From NCBI GenBank assembly GCA_900617105.1, contig UYFQ01000001.1, positions 310,001 to 374,000 of the forward strand: a stretch of DNA of 64,000 nucleotides. Direction: 5' to 3'. The notes under the pieces are model-generated. The model was not told the DNA's origin. It made no database searches and saw nothing but the letters and a program-made list of their open reading frames with translations. Of this stretch, positions 42,098 to 51,804 are shown one piece after another; position 1 is the first letter of the stretch, and each line of letters opens with the position of its first letter. The translations under genes were made by a program, and so were the position numbers. Source of the DNA: Hydrurus foetidus (taxonomy: Eukaryota).

Positions 42098-42936
42098 TGG
42101 CTACTACCTCTACCGCACGTTCTTCTTCTGCTAAATTTTTAGCTGGCTCTGTGACCACCTCTGAGAGCGTCGGCAAAAAAGACGTTCAAAAACTACAGCG
42201 CATCATCGTTGATGGCCTGGAGGATGTGAAAGCGCAAGACATCATGGTGTTCGACACCGAAGCCTTGTCTGCACTGTTTGAGCGCGTCATCATCGCCAGC
42301 GGCACCTCTAACCGCCAAACCAAAGCTCTCGCTGCCAGCGTGCGCGATGCAGTGCGCGAAGCTGGTTTCCCCAAGCCTCGCGTAGAAGGCGAAGAAAACG
42401 GCGAATGGATCATCGTGGACTGCGGTGCCGCCGTCGTTCACATCATGCAACCGGCGATTCGCCAGTATTACCACCTCGAAGAGCTGTGGGGCGAAACCCC
42501 CGTCCGCATGAAGTTTGGTGCAGCCAAGCCTGTGGTGGCTGAAGTGGAAAAAGCACCGGCCAAGAAAGCCAAGCCTGAAAGCACCTCGCTGCGCCGCAGC
42601 AGTGCCGTCAAAACGGCTGAGCGCGATGCCAAAAACGCCGCTGAAGAAGCCGAACGCGCTGAAAAGCTCGCCCGTGCCGCCAAAACCGCAGGCCGCAAAC
42701 GTGCCAGTCCCGTCAAGCGTGCCGCAGCACCCGGTAAACGGGCCTTGACCGCCACCGGCGCTCCTGTGGTGGCGAAGAAAGCCCCTGCCAAAAAATCTCC
42801 CACCACCAAGCCCACCACAGTGGTCGTGAAGGCCCAAGCCACCACGGTGACCAAAGCCGCTGCAAAAACGGCAGCCGTGAAGTCACCAGCCAAAAAAGCC
42901 CCTGTCAAACGGGTTGCTGCCAAAAAAGCGGATTAA
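42097..42936 (+). CDS. rsfS: Ribosome silencing factor with a long Lys/Ala-rich tail
   Basis: LEDVKAQDI, SGTSNRQ, WIIVDCG and YYHLEELW motifs. Confidence 0.92.
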   Translation: MATTSTARSSSAKFLAGSVTTSESVGKKDVQKLQRIIVDGLEDVKAQDIMVFDTEALSALFERVIIASGTSNRQTKALAASVRDAVREAGFPKPRVEGEENGEWIIVDCGAAVVHIMQPAIRQYYHLEELWGETPVRMKFGAAKPVVAEVEKAPAKKAKPESTSLRRSSAVKTAERDAKNAAEEAERAEKLARAAKTAGRKRASPVKRAAAPGKRALTATGAPVVAKKAPAKKSPTTKPTTVVVKAQATTVTKAAAKTAAVKSPAKKAPVKRVAAKKAD

Positions 42937-42965
42937 GCGCGATTAAGCGGACAGACTGAGTCGCG

Positions 42966-43433
42966 ATGAAGCTGTTGATCGTCGCCGTCGGGCTGCGTGT
43001 GCCCGATTGGGCACAAACCGCCTGGGACGATTACGCCAAACGCTTCCCTTCCGAGCTTCGCGTCGAGCTCAAAGCCGTCAAAACCGAACCCCGCGCCAGC
43101 AAAAGCCTAGAAACTCTCTACGCCGCTGAGCGCGAGCGCATCGAAGCCGCCATCCCCAAAGGCAGCCGCATCGTCGTCCTCGACGAGCGCGGCACCACCC
43201 TCACCAGCGTTGCACTGGCCGCACGCCTCAAATCCTGGCAACTCGAAGGCGATAACGTCGCCCTCGTCATCGGTGGGCCAGACGGCCTAGACCCCGCCTT
43301 CAAACAAGCTGCGCACGAACGCATTCGCCTGTCTGATTTGACGCTGCCCCACGCGATGGCTCGGGTGCTGTTGGTGGAGCAGCTCTACCGCGCATGGTCG
43401 GTGAACGCGGGGCATCCGTACCATCGAGAGTAG
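42966..43433 (+). CDS. rlmH: 23S rRNA m3-pseudouridine-1915 methyltransferase
   Basis: IGGPDG, EQLYRA and HPYHRE motifs. Confidence 0.96.
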   Translation: MKLLIVAVGLRVPDWAQTAWDDYAKRFPSELRVELKAVKTEPRASKSLETLYAAERERIEAAIPKGSRIVVLDERGTTLTSVALAARLKSWQLEGDNVALVIGGPDGLDPAFKQAAHERIRLSDLTLPHAMARVLLVEQLYRAWSVNAGHPYHRE

Positions 43434-43500
43434 GCATCCTGCGATGCCTGCTGAGGGTGTGCCTCATCAACTCGCAGGTGAATTCTGCAATTTGTGCGAA

Positions 43501-44193
43501 TTAGGCCTTGGACTCGGCAAGCGCGGCTTGCACCAGGCTGTCAATCTTTCCGGTGATGCTGGTCAGCACATTGGCTACCACTGAAAACTCACGGCCGGCG
43601 ATGCCCGCGCGTGCCGCAATGATCTGGGCATTGAAAGCCACCATGTGCGCTTGTTTGGAAATCTCCTTTATCTCGCTCATCACATCGCGCAGCTGGTTTT
43701 TGGCCTTGCTGGCGTAGCCTTTGGCTTCTTTTTCATAGATCGCGGTGATGCTGTTCAAAATGACCAGCAAAGGGGTGGTGCTCTCTATCAACTCATTGAG
43801 CAAGGTCGGCACCTGGCGCCAACCCGATTGGATGGCGTGCAATGCCCGTTCAGCCAATTCGATGAAATCGCAGATTTTCTTGTCTCCCTGTTCAGAGCCA
43901 AAGTAGGCTTCTTGTAACGCGGGGCAGAAGATGCCTGGCATGGTGTCATTGCCCTTCACGAGTGCCGTGTGCGCATCTCTGAACAGCCCCAGCGCATCGT
44001 GGGCGATGCTGGCCATGGTGATGTCCTTGTCTGCTGCCAGCACGGCATAAAGCACGACGCGCTGTGAGGTGAAGCGCCTGCGTCCTGACAGGTTGATGAG
44101 CGTGGCAAATACTTCGCCCGTCAGCTGTGGTGAGGCCGAACGCTCTGGGGTGCTGTTGAGCAGGGTGTGGGCAACGGTGCTAGATGACGACAT
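43501..44193 (-). CDS. Soluble PilJ/NarX-like sensor with a short MCP signalling tip
   Basis: INLSGRRRFTSQR (P-box-like) and FNAQIIAARAGIAGREFSVVA; no TM segment seen. Confidence 0.75.
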   Translation of the reverse strand: MSSSSTVAHTLLNSTPERSASPQLTGEVFATLINLSGRRRFTSQRVVLYAVLAADKDITMASIAHDALGLFRDAHTALVKGNDTMPGIFCPALQEAYFGSEQGDKKICDFIELAERALHAIQSGWRQVPTLLNELIESTTPLLVILNSITAIYEKEAKGYASKAKNQLRDVMSEIKEISKQAHMVAFNAQIIAARAGIAGREFSVVANVLTSITGKIDSLVQAALAESKA

Positions 44194-44205
44194 GGTGTTT
44201 GCCTT

Positions 44206-46506
44206 TCAAAAGTTGGAGATCACGTGCCAGGATTCTGTGGCGCGGCGCATCAGCAGATCAGCAAGACTGAGTGGTTTGCTGAGCAAGAAACCCTGCACCA
44301 GGGTGCATCCAGACTGCTTCAAAATCGCTAGCTGTGATTCGGTTTCAATGCCTTCGGCGATGGTTTTTAGATTCAAGTGCGAGCCCAGATCAACAATGGT
44401 TTTAACGATGGCGCTGTCGTGAACCTGTTGGCCTAGTCCGCTCACAAAAGAGCGGTCAATTTTCAAAGAGGATATGGGTAAGTTCTTCAGCAATGACAGC
44501 GACGAATGGCCCATGCCAAAGTCGTCCAGGCTGATTTCAAAACCGAGCTGCCGCAAGGTGTGCATGACCGGAATCACCTGTTCAGGGTGCTTCATCAGCA
44601 TGCCTTCCGTCAGTTCCAGCGAAACACTTTGCGGTTCAAGTCCCAATTCGGTTACCAGTTTGAACAGCTCTTCAGGCAGCGTGCTGCTGGTGAACTCCGA
44701 TGCGGCCATGTTCACATGAATCTTCAGGTCTTTGAAGTGAGTTTGGCGAAGCTTTGCCAAGTCCTGGCACGCTTGCGCTACCACCCATTTCCCGATTTTC
44801 ACAATGAGGTGGCTTTGCTCTGCAATGGGAATGAACACATTGGGTGAGATGATTTGACCATCGAGGCGCTTCCATCGGATCAGTGCTTCGACCGCGTGAA
44901 GCCTGCCGGTTGTGATATCAACGATCGGCTGGTAGACCAGAAACAGCTCGTTCCCATGCAGCGCATGGTGAAGTTCGGTTTCGATGGCAAGCCGTTGAGC
45001 CAGTGATGACTGCTGGTGCGCCAAGACACACGGGCTGGTGCTAGAGAAAAAATCACACCCATTTTTGCCCTGCTGCTTGATTCGGTACATAGCGGAGTCT
45101 GCGCTGCGCAGCAGTTCCGGCACTGTTTCACCATTTTCTGGCCATGTGCTGATACCGATACTTGCAGAGATGGCGAGTTCAATACCTTCGTAAATGAACG
45201 GTGTACGGGCTGTTTGCAGTATGCCTTGCGCCAGTGCAGCCAAAGCCTGCACAGAGCTCTCAGGCAGTAGCAGTGCAAACTCATCACCACCCAATCGACC
45301 TGCACTTGCCCCGTGAGGTGCCAAGGCGTGTAAGCGGCGTGCAAATTCACACAAAACGACATTGCCTGCATCGTGCCCGAACGCATCGTTGATGGCTTTG
45401 AACCGATCAAGGTCAATGAACATCAGGCCAAAAGAAGTGTGCGTTTTGGTGGCCTGGGTGCAAGCCTTTGCCAACTGTGCGTGGAAATGGCTGCGGTTAG
45501 CAAGCCCTGTAAGTTCATCTACCTGTGCCAAGTGGAGAATCTGGGCCTGGTGCTCCAACCGTTGCGCTGTTTGTGCGATAAGCGCCCCTATCGTGGCCGA
45601 CAGGTTGGGCAGCTGTGCTTCGGGCTGGCGCGACAAGCTGCTGTAAAACTCAAGCACGCCAGGGGTGTGCTGTTGTCCGTCTTTAGAAAGGTACGTCACG
45701 GGAAAAACATAACCCGAACATAGCCGGCTCGCTCTTGTACTGGTATGCCTCAAGAAGCGTGCATCGTTCGCCATGTCTTCCACCCAACTGGGCTTACCGC
45801 TTTGCCAAACGCGGCCCACCAAGCCTTCGCCGGGCACCATGCGCAGCGCAGTACTCGCTGCGCTGAATGCTGTCATATCGTGCTCAGGGTGGTGCCAGTG
45901 GTGCTTGCAAGCCAATTGCTGTGCGCCTTGCGGGGAGTTTTCCAACGCCCAGTAGGCACCCCATTCCCAGCCCAAGTTCTTGCATATCAATTGAATGGCA
46001 TTGGTGACGGCATCACTGAGGGTATGTGAGCCCACCATAAATTCGGTCAACTCAAAGCCCAGGCGTTCACGCATGGCCGCCAGCTTGATGGCGGTTATGT
46101 CCACCACAATACCATTCAGAATTTGTGGGTAGGATTTCTCGTCGGGAAGCATGCTCAGACGCAGCCAGCGCAGCCCCTCCGTTGCGCTGATAACGCGAAA
46201 TTCACATTGAAGGGGGCGCGCAGGGCTGCTTTTTATTTTGCGCATCAGCTGCAGCATGTCATCTGCAATAACGTGAATGAAGCAGTCGTCAAGCCGGTGG
46301 TAGTGTCTCTCTCCTACGTTGAAGTAGTGTGCGGCGGCGGCAGACAGAACGATTTGTGAGGTCTCAGGATCAAACCACCAACTGCCAAATCCTGCTGTGT
46401 CTTCCAGTGGATTGGGGCGCAAGCTTTGCTGCATGCTCAGGCGCAATGGTTGTGAAATGGCTGCGGTTGACATATCGGCAGAATGCAAACCAAAAACTTC
46501 AGGCAT
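44206..46506 (-). CDS. PAS-like/GAF/GGDEF/EAL c-di-GMP enzyme
   Basis: RLGGDEF, EALIRW and DDFGMG motifs; GAGGA RBS before ATG 46506. Confidence 0.9.
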   Translation of the reverse strand: MPEVFGLHSADMSTAAISQPLRLSMQQSLRPNPLEDTAGFGSWWFDPETSQIVLSAAAAHYFNVGERHYHRLDDCFIHVIADDMLQLMRKIKSSPARPLQCEFRVISATEGLRWLRLSMLPDEKSYPQILNGIVVDITAIKLAAMRERLGFELTEFMVGSHTLSDAVTNAIQLICKNLGWEWGAYWALENSPQGAQQLACKHHWHHPEHDMTAFSAASTALRMVPGEGLVGRVWQSGKPSWVEDMANDARFLRHTSTRASRLCSGYVFPVTYLSKDGQQHTPGVLEFYSSLSRQPEAQLPNLSATIGALIAQTAQRLEHQAQILHLAQVDELTGLANRSHFHAQLAKACTQATKTHTSFGLMFIDLDRFKAINDAFGHDAGNVVLCEFARRLHALAPHGASAGRLGGDEFALLLPESSVQALAALAQGILQTARTPFIYEGIELAISASIGISTWPENGETVPELLRSADSAMYRIKQQGKNGCDFFSSTSPCVLAHQQSSLAQRLAIETELHHALHGNELFLVYQPIVDITTGRLHAVEALIRWKRLDGQIISPNVFIPIAEQSHLIVKIGKWVVAQACQDLAKLRQTHFKDLKIHVNMAASEFTSSTLPEELFKLVTELGLEPQSVSLELTEGMLMKHPEQVIPVMHTLRQLGFEISLDDFGMGHSSLSLLKNLPISSLKIDRSFVSGLGQQVHDSAIVKTIVDLGSHLNLKTIAEGIETESQLAILKQSGCTLVQGFLLSKPLSLADLLMRRATESWHVISNF

Positions 46507-46541
46507 GATGACTTTTCCTCTTGGATGTTTTGTCCAAGACA

Positions 46542-46557
46542 AGCAAAATTCATACCT
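46542..46557 (-). promoter_or_regulatory. Candidate sigma54 -24/-12 promoter
   Basis: Minus strand AGGTATGAATTTTGCT (GG-N10-GC). Confidence 0.5.
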
Positions 46558-46617
46558 ACTGTTGCTTTTTCATGTTTTCAAGGGTATTTACCCTTATTTT
46601 TACGCATTGAGGTAAAT

Positions 46618-46634
46618 GGCACCGAGGTGGTGCA
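46618..46634. promoter_or_regulatory. Candidate NtrC-type binding site
   Basis: GGCACC-GAGGT-GGTGCA versus consensus TGCACC-N5-GGTGCA. Confidence 0.5.
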
Positions 46635-46789
46635 ATTTTGAATGCCACTGGCCCCCTGTTTTTTGTACGCAAATACAGACTATATTCAGTCGATGCTCCG
46701 CTTCTACTGCACCACGCTCATCAGCTAACCGCTGCGATTTGTGCCGTGTGTTTGACCGTCATTTATTGCAAGCCTGACGCTTGACTGTT

Positions 46790-47395
46790 ATGTTGCCAAC
46801 CTTCCTCTACCTCGCCTCTCAAAGCCCCCGCCGCCGCCAACTGTTGGAACAACTCGGTGTTCGCCACGAGTTGCTCTTGCCCGATGCCTCTGAAGATGCC
46901 GAAGCGCTAGAGATTGCGCTTAAAAACGAAGCACCTACCGCATATGTACAGCGCGTGACATGCCTAAAGCTGGATGCAGCCGTGCAGCGCATGAAGGCCC
47001 GTGGCTTGCCCCATGCGCCCGTGCTGTGCTCAGACACCACGGTGGCGATGGGTCGCACCATTTTTGGTAAACCCGATGATGCTGCGCACGCCCAAGCGAT
47101 GTTGGCGGCGTTGTCGGGCCGTACCCACCGGGTGCTGACGGCTGTGGCGGTGCAGCATAGCGATCAGCGTTTTACCGCTTTGAGTGTGTCCAAAGTGCGA
47201 TTTGCGCCTATGAATGCCGCCCAAATCAAAGCCTATGCCGAAAGCGGCGAACCCTTGGGGAAAGCAGGGGCTTACGCGGTGCAGGGGAGGGCGGCAGCGT
47301 TCATCGCACACATCAGCGGCTCCTATTCCGGCATCATGGGCTTGCCCATGTTTGAGACGGCGGGGCTGCTGCGCAGCGTGGGCTTCACCGTTTAA
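46790..47395 (+). CDS. maf: Maf family nucleotide pyrophosphatase
   Basis: [13 protein letters not shown] and KAGAYAVQG motifs. Confidence 0.93.
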   Translation: MLPTFLYLASQSPRRRQLLEQLGVRHELLLPDASEDAEALEIALKNEAPTAYVQRVTCLKLDAAVQRMKARGLPHAPVLCSDTTVAMGRTIFGKPDDAAHAQAMLAALSGRTHRVLTAVAVQHSDQRFTALSVSKVRFAPMNAAQIKAYAESGEPLGKAGAYAVQGRAAAFIAHISGSYSGIMGLPMFETAGLLRSVGFTV

Positions 47396-47446
47396 CCCAA
47401 CGCGCCTCCTTTCACAACACAACAACAAGAATCAAAGTAACTCCCT

Positions 47447-48928
47447 ATGCAACAAGACATTCTCATCAACTGGTCGCCCCAGGAAACCCGTGTGGCGGTG
47501 CTGGAGCATGGCGCGGTGCAGGAAATCCACGTCGAGCGCACGCTGGAGCGTGGCTTGGTGGGCAACGTCTACCTGGGCAAAGTGGCCCGTGTGTTGCCTG
47601 GCATGCAGTCCGCCTTCATCGACATCGGCCTGGAGCGTGCGGCGTTCTTGCATGTTGCTGATTTACAAGGTGCCCACCCCGCAGTGCGTGCAGCCCACGG
47701 CGAGGAGCGTGACAGCCCGCCTGTGCCGATTGAAAAGCAGGTGTTTGAAGGCCAAGCCTTGATGGTGCAGGTCATCAAAGACCCCATCGGTACCAAAGGC
47801 GCACGGCTTTCTACACAGATCAGCATTGCGGGCCGCTTGCTGGTGTTTTTGCCGCAAGACGACCACATTGGCATCTCGCAAAAAATCCCTGCTGACCAGC
47901 GCGAGGTGCTGCGCCAGCGCCTGCTAGCGATTGCGGGCGACCCTGCGGTGCATGGCGGTTTCATCTTGCGCACCAATGGCGAAGATGCCAGCGATGCCGA
48001 GCTGGCCGATGATGTGGCCTACCTGCGCAAAGCCTGGACGCGCACCAAAGACGCGTCCATGCGCCTGCCACCGCAGTCGATACTGCACCAAGATTTGAAC
48101 CTGCTGCAACGGGTGTTGCGCGATTTGGTGGGCGAGGGCACGCAAAGCATTCGTCTGGATTCGCGGGAGCAGTTTGAAAAATTGCAGGCGTTTGCCCATG
48201 AGTTCATGCCCGCAGCGGCTGAAAAATTGCAGCATTACAAGGGTGAGCGCCCGATTTTTGATTTGTACGGCGTGGACGAAGAGATCGCCCGCGCCCTGGG
48301 CCGCCGTGTGGAGTTGAAATCGGGCGGTTATTTGATCGTGGACCAAACCGAGGCGCTGACCACAGTGGACGTGAACACCGGTGGTTTTGTCGGGGCGCGC
48401 AATTTTGACGACACCATCTTCAAAACCAACCTGGAAGCCGCCGGTGCCATCGCTCGCCAACTGCGTTTGCGCAACCTGGGGGGCATCATCATTGCCGACT
48501 TCATCGACATGAACCGCGCTGACCACAAAGACGCGGTGCTGGCCGAGTTCCGCAAACATCTGGGCCGTGACCGCGTGAAAACCACAGCGGGCACGTTCTC
48601 GCAGCTCGGTTTGGTGGAGATGACGCGCAAACGCACCCGCGAATCCTTGGCCCACATGCTGTGCGAGCCTTGCGCCGTGTGTCAGGGTAAGGGCAGCGTG
48701 AAGACGGCCCGCAGCGTGGCCTATGACATCTTGCGCGAAATTTTGCGCGAAGCCCGCCAATTCAACCCGCGTGAATTCCGTGTGGTGGCAGCACCCGGCG
48801 TGATCGAGATGCTGGTGGATGAAGAAAGCCAGCATTTGGCAGGCCTGAGCGATTTCATCGGCAAGCCGGTATCGCTGCAAAGCGAGGCCAGCTTTGGGCA
48901 GGAACAGTACGACATTATTTTGCTGTGA
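47447..48928 (+). CDS. rng: Ribonuclease G
   Basis: GNVYLGKV, DVNTG and LRNLGGIIIADFIDM motifs. Confidence 0.95.
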   Translation: MQQDILINWSPQETRVAVLEHGAVQEIHVERTLERGLVGNVYLGKVARVLPGMQSAFIDIGLERAAFLHVADLQGAHPAVRAAHGEERDSPPVPIEKQVFEGQALMVQVIKDPIGTKGARLSTQISIAGRLLVFLPQDDHIGISQKIPADQREVLRQRLLAIAGDPAVHGGFILRTNGEDASDAELADDVAYLRKAWTRTKDASMRLPPQSILHQDLNLLQRVLRDLVGEGTQSIRLDSREQFEKLQAFAHEFMPAAAEKLQHYKGERPIFDLYGVDEEIARALGRRVELKSGGYLIVDQTEALTTVDVNTGGFVGARNFDDTIFKTNLEAAGAIARQLRLRNLGGIIIADFIDMNRADHKDAVLAEFRKHLGRDRVKTTAGTFSQLGLVEMTRKRTRESLAHMLCEPCAVCQGKGSVKTARSVAYDILREILREARQFNPREFRVVAAPGVIEMLVDEESQHLAGLSDFIGKPVSLQSEASFGQEQYDIILL

Positions 48929-49698
48929 TGCTGGCTGTGAACGGCACTGCAAACCTTCGTTCGATTCCGATTCTGGTCTACCACCAGATTGACGCGGCCC
49001 CGCCCAAAGGCGCACCGTTTCGCAGCCTGTACGTCAGTCCACAAGCGTTTGCGCGGCAAATGCGGCTGCTGCGGTGGCTGGGCTACCGGGGTGTCTCGAT
49101 GACCGACTTGCAGCCTTACCTGAGTGGAGAGTTAAGTGGCGAGCGCACAGGCAAAGTCGTTGGCATCACGTTTGACGACGGGTATGTGAACAACCTGCGC
49201 CATGCGCTGCCGGTGTTGCAGCGCCATGGTTTCACGTCCACCTGCTACGCGGTGAGTGACATGGCGGGACAGACCAACCGCTGGGATGCCGACGTGGGTA
49301 TCGCTCAAACACCGTTGATGGACAATGCTCAGCTTCGCGCCTGGGTGGCTGGAGGGCAGGAAATCGGAGCCCATACCCGGCACCATGTCCATTTGCCTGC
49401 TTTGGATGAGGCCACGGCGCGGGACGAGATAGCAGGCTCAAAAGCGGTGTTAGAGGCGCTGCTGCAACGCCCGGTGCAGCATTTTTGCTACCCCTATGGC
49501 GAATACCAACCCTCGCATGTCGCAATGGTGCGTGAGGCCGGTTTCACCACCGCCACCACCACGCGGCGGGGGCGGTGCGCGGTGGGCAGCGATCCCTTGC
49601 AGCTTGACCGCGTCCCAGTGCTGCGTTCCACCAGCTTACCCGTGCTGTGGCTGAAGCTGGCCACGGCGTATGAGGACAGCAAAGGCGGCGAGCGGTGA
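48928..49698 (+). CDS. Polysaccharide deacetylase
   Basis: PILVYHQI, ITFDDG, GAHTRHH and FCYPYG motifs. Confidence 0.9.
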   Translation: MLAVNGTANLRSIPILVYHQIDAAPPKGAPFRSLYVSPQAFARQMRLLRWLGYRGVSMTDLQPYLSGELSGERTGKVVGITFDDGYVNNLRHALPVLQRHGFTSTCYAVSDMAGQTNRWDADVGIAQTPLMDNAQLRAWVAGGQEIGAHTRHHVHLPALDEATARDEIAGSKAVLEALLQRPVQHFCYPYGEYQPSHVAMVREAGFTTATTTRRGRCAVGSDPLQLDRVPVLRSTSLPVLWLKLATAYEDSKGGER

Positions 49699-50891
49699 CG
49701 GCACTTTCGATACCTTCCCCAAAACGCTTGCGGATTGCCGTTTTCAACCGCAACTTCGCCCCCACAGGCGGCGGGGCTGAGCGCTATTCGATCGCCCTGG
49801 TCGAGCAACTGGCCGCACGCCACGAGGTGCATGTCTTCGCCCAGCAGATTGACCACGACTGGCCCGGTGTGACCTACCACTGCGTGTCCACACCGCTGAA
49901 AAAACCACGCTGGGTGAACCAACTCTGGTACGCCACGGCCACCTGGTGGGCCACCCGCCAAGGGTTTGATGTGGTGCATTCGCATGAAAACACTTGGCAT
50001 GGCAACGTGCAGACCGTCCATGTGCTGCCGGTGTGGCACAACCTGTTCCAAGGCCGCACCGGGTTTCGCCGGGCTTTGCGGTGGCTGAAGGTGGGATTAA
50101 GTCCGCGTTTGTTGACGTACCTGGGGTTCGAGTCGTCCCGCTTTCGGGCTGGTGTGGTCGGCGCTGAACGCAGTGTGGTGGTCACGTCCGACAGCTTGCG
50201 CGATGTGATGGCGGCCACCTTCTCCGCAAGTGCATCCGCCTTGACGGTGCTGGTGCCAGGTGTTGATGCACCTGAAGCTGTGGCCAGTGCTGCTGAGTGC
50301 CAATCTGCCCGCACTGCTTTGGGATTGCCCCTGGGTGTGCCTTGCCTGCTTTTGGTGGGGAATGATTACCGTAAAAAAGGCCTTGGTAGCACACTGGATG
50401 CGCTAGAGATGCTATCAAAAAATAACCCCTCCGCAGTGCTGGCGGTGGTGGGTAACACGGCACAAAAAGCCCAGTTCGAGGCCAAGGCGAAGAGTTTGGG
50501 GTTGGCTGAGCGGGTGTTTTTTCTGGGGCCGCTGAACGATGTTACCCCCGCCTACCAAGCTGCCGATGTGCTGGTTCACCCCACGCTGGAAGACACCTTC
50601 GCCATGGTGGTGCTGGAGGCGATGGCGCAGGGCTTGCCGGTGGTGGTGAGTGGCGCGGACTACTGCGGTATTTCTACGCTTCTCAGCAACGGACATAACG
50701 CTTTGTTGCTATCCAATCCGCAAGATGCAGTGGCCTTGGCGCAGGCTGTTGACCAAGCGTTGAACGATGCCCCGCTGCGTCAAACGCTCATCAACAACGC
50801 CCGTGAATTTGCCCTCAGCCACGCTTGGCCCGAGAAGGCGCGGCAGCAAGAGGCGATTTACTTTGCCGTAGCGGGCAAGCCAAAGGTTTGA
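49695..50891 (+). CDS. Glycosyltransferase family 4
   Basis: GGAERY and EDTFAMVVLEAMAQGLP motifs. Confidence 0.9.
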   Translation: MTALSIPSPKRLRIAVFNRNFAPTGGGAERYSIALVEQLAARHEVHVFAQQIDHDWPGVTYHCVSTPLKKPRWVNQLWYATATWWATRQGFDVVHSHENTWHGNVQTVHVLPVWHNLFQGRTGFRRALRWLKVGLSPRLLTYLGFESSRFRAGVVGAERSVVVTSDSLRDVMAATFSASASALTVLVPGVDAPEAVASAAECQSARTALGLPLGVPCLLLVGNDYRKKGLGSTLDALEMLSKNNPSAVLAVVGNTAQKAQFEAKAKSLGLAERVFFLGPLNDVTPAYQAADVLVHPTLEDTFAMVVLEAMAQGLPVVVSGADYCGISTLLSNGHNALLLSNPQDAVALAQAVDQALNDAPLRQTLINNAREFALSHAWPEKARQQEAIYFAVAGKPKV

Positions 50892-50919
50892 TGCGGCTTT
50901 AAGTGGATCTAAGCGGCGT

Positions 50920-51804
50920 TCAAGCCACCAGCTTGAAATGCTTGCGGCTGAAGTCGCGGCCCGTCCAGCCCTCAAGCACGCGCATCAGGTGGTACTTGTT
51001 TTCTTTGGGCGTGGGTTTGTAGTTGGGGTCAATGTGCAGCTCAGGCTCGGCATCGGTGCGCAACCAGTCCATCACCTCTTGGGGGTGAGTGCCTTTAAAG
51101 GGGGCTAGCGCCCGCGCATCGAATTGGCTGTACACAATCTTGGTGGCGGCTGTGGCCCAGTATTTGGCCACGCGGTCGAGCTTGGCCTGCATGGCTTCGT
51201 TGCGGCGAATCCAGCCGTAGTGGTAGATGTGAGCGTTGGCCAGGGCGGCTTGCGGGTTGCGGCCTTTTTTGTGATCCGTCGTCACCAGCCAGTACTGGCC
51301 GTCGGGGGCGTAAGAGCGGATGGTGTTGCGGATCAGGCGGCATTCGCGTCGGTACCAGCCTGGGCTGATCGACACCCAGTCGGGGGAACCGTAGAAGTGG
51401 CGGTAGTCGAAGGCCAGGGCTTCCACGGCGGGGTTGTTGTGGTGCTTATCGACGCTGGCGCGGATAGCGGCCAAGTCATCCTCATGCACCACCTCATCGC
51501 CTTCCAGGTAAAACGCCCAGTCGCCCGTGCAGGAGAACTGCGCGATCATTTTTTGCTGCGCATACACAAAGCCTCGGTCAGCCATGCGCTCGTTCCACAG
51601 GGTTTCAATGATGCGGATTTTCGGATCGTTGATGGCTTTGACGCGGGCCAGCGTATCGTCGCTGCTTGCGCCCACGGCGACGACAAACTCATCGACCAAA
51701 GGCAGAAGTGAGCGGATGGAGGCTTCGAACGGGAAGCCCAAATCCACGCCGTTGCGGATGAAGGTGAAGCCGCTGATGGAGGCTTTAGGGGAAGAGGTAG
51801 TCAT
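50920..51804 (-). CDS. Glycosyltransferase family 2-like protein
   Basis: SGFTFIRNG, WAFYLEGDE and HYGW motifs. Confidence 0.82.
   Translation of the reverse strand: MTTSSPKASISGFTFIRNGVDLGFPFEASIRSLLPLVDEFVVAVGASSDDTLARVKAINDPKIRIIETLWNERMADRGFVYAQQKMIAQFSCTGDWAFYLEGDEVVHEDDLAAIRASVDKHHNNPAVEALAFDYRHFYGSPDWVSISPGWYRRECRLIRNTIRSYAPDGQYWLVTTDHKKGRNPQAALANAHIYHYGWIRRNEAMQAKLDRVAKYWATAATKIVYSQFDARALAPFKGTHPQEVMDWLRTDAEPELHIDPNYKPTPKENKYHLMRVLEGWTGRDFSRKHFKLVA

Noticed and set aside
46632..46647. Second sigma54 site TGGCA-TTCAAAA-TTGC on the minus strand
   Set aside because: The GG-to-GC spacing is 11, not the required 10.
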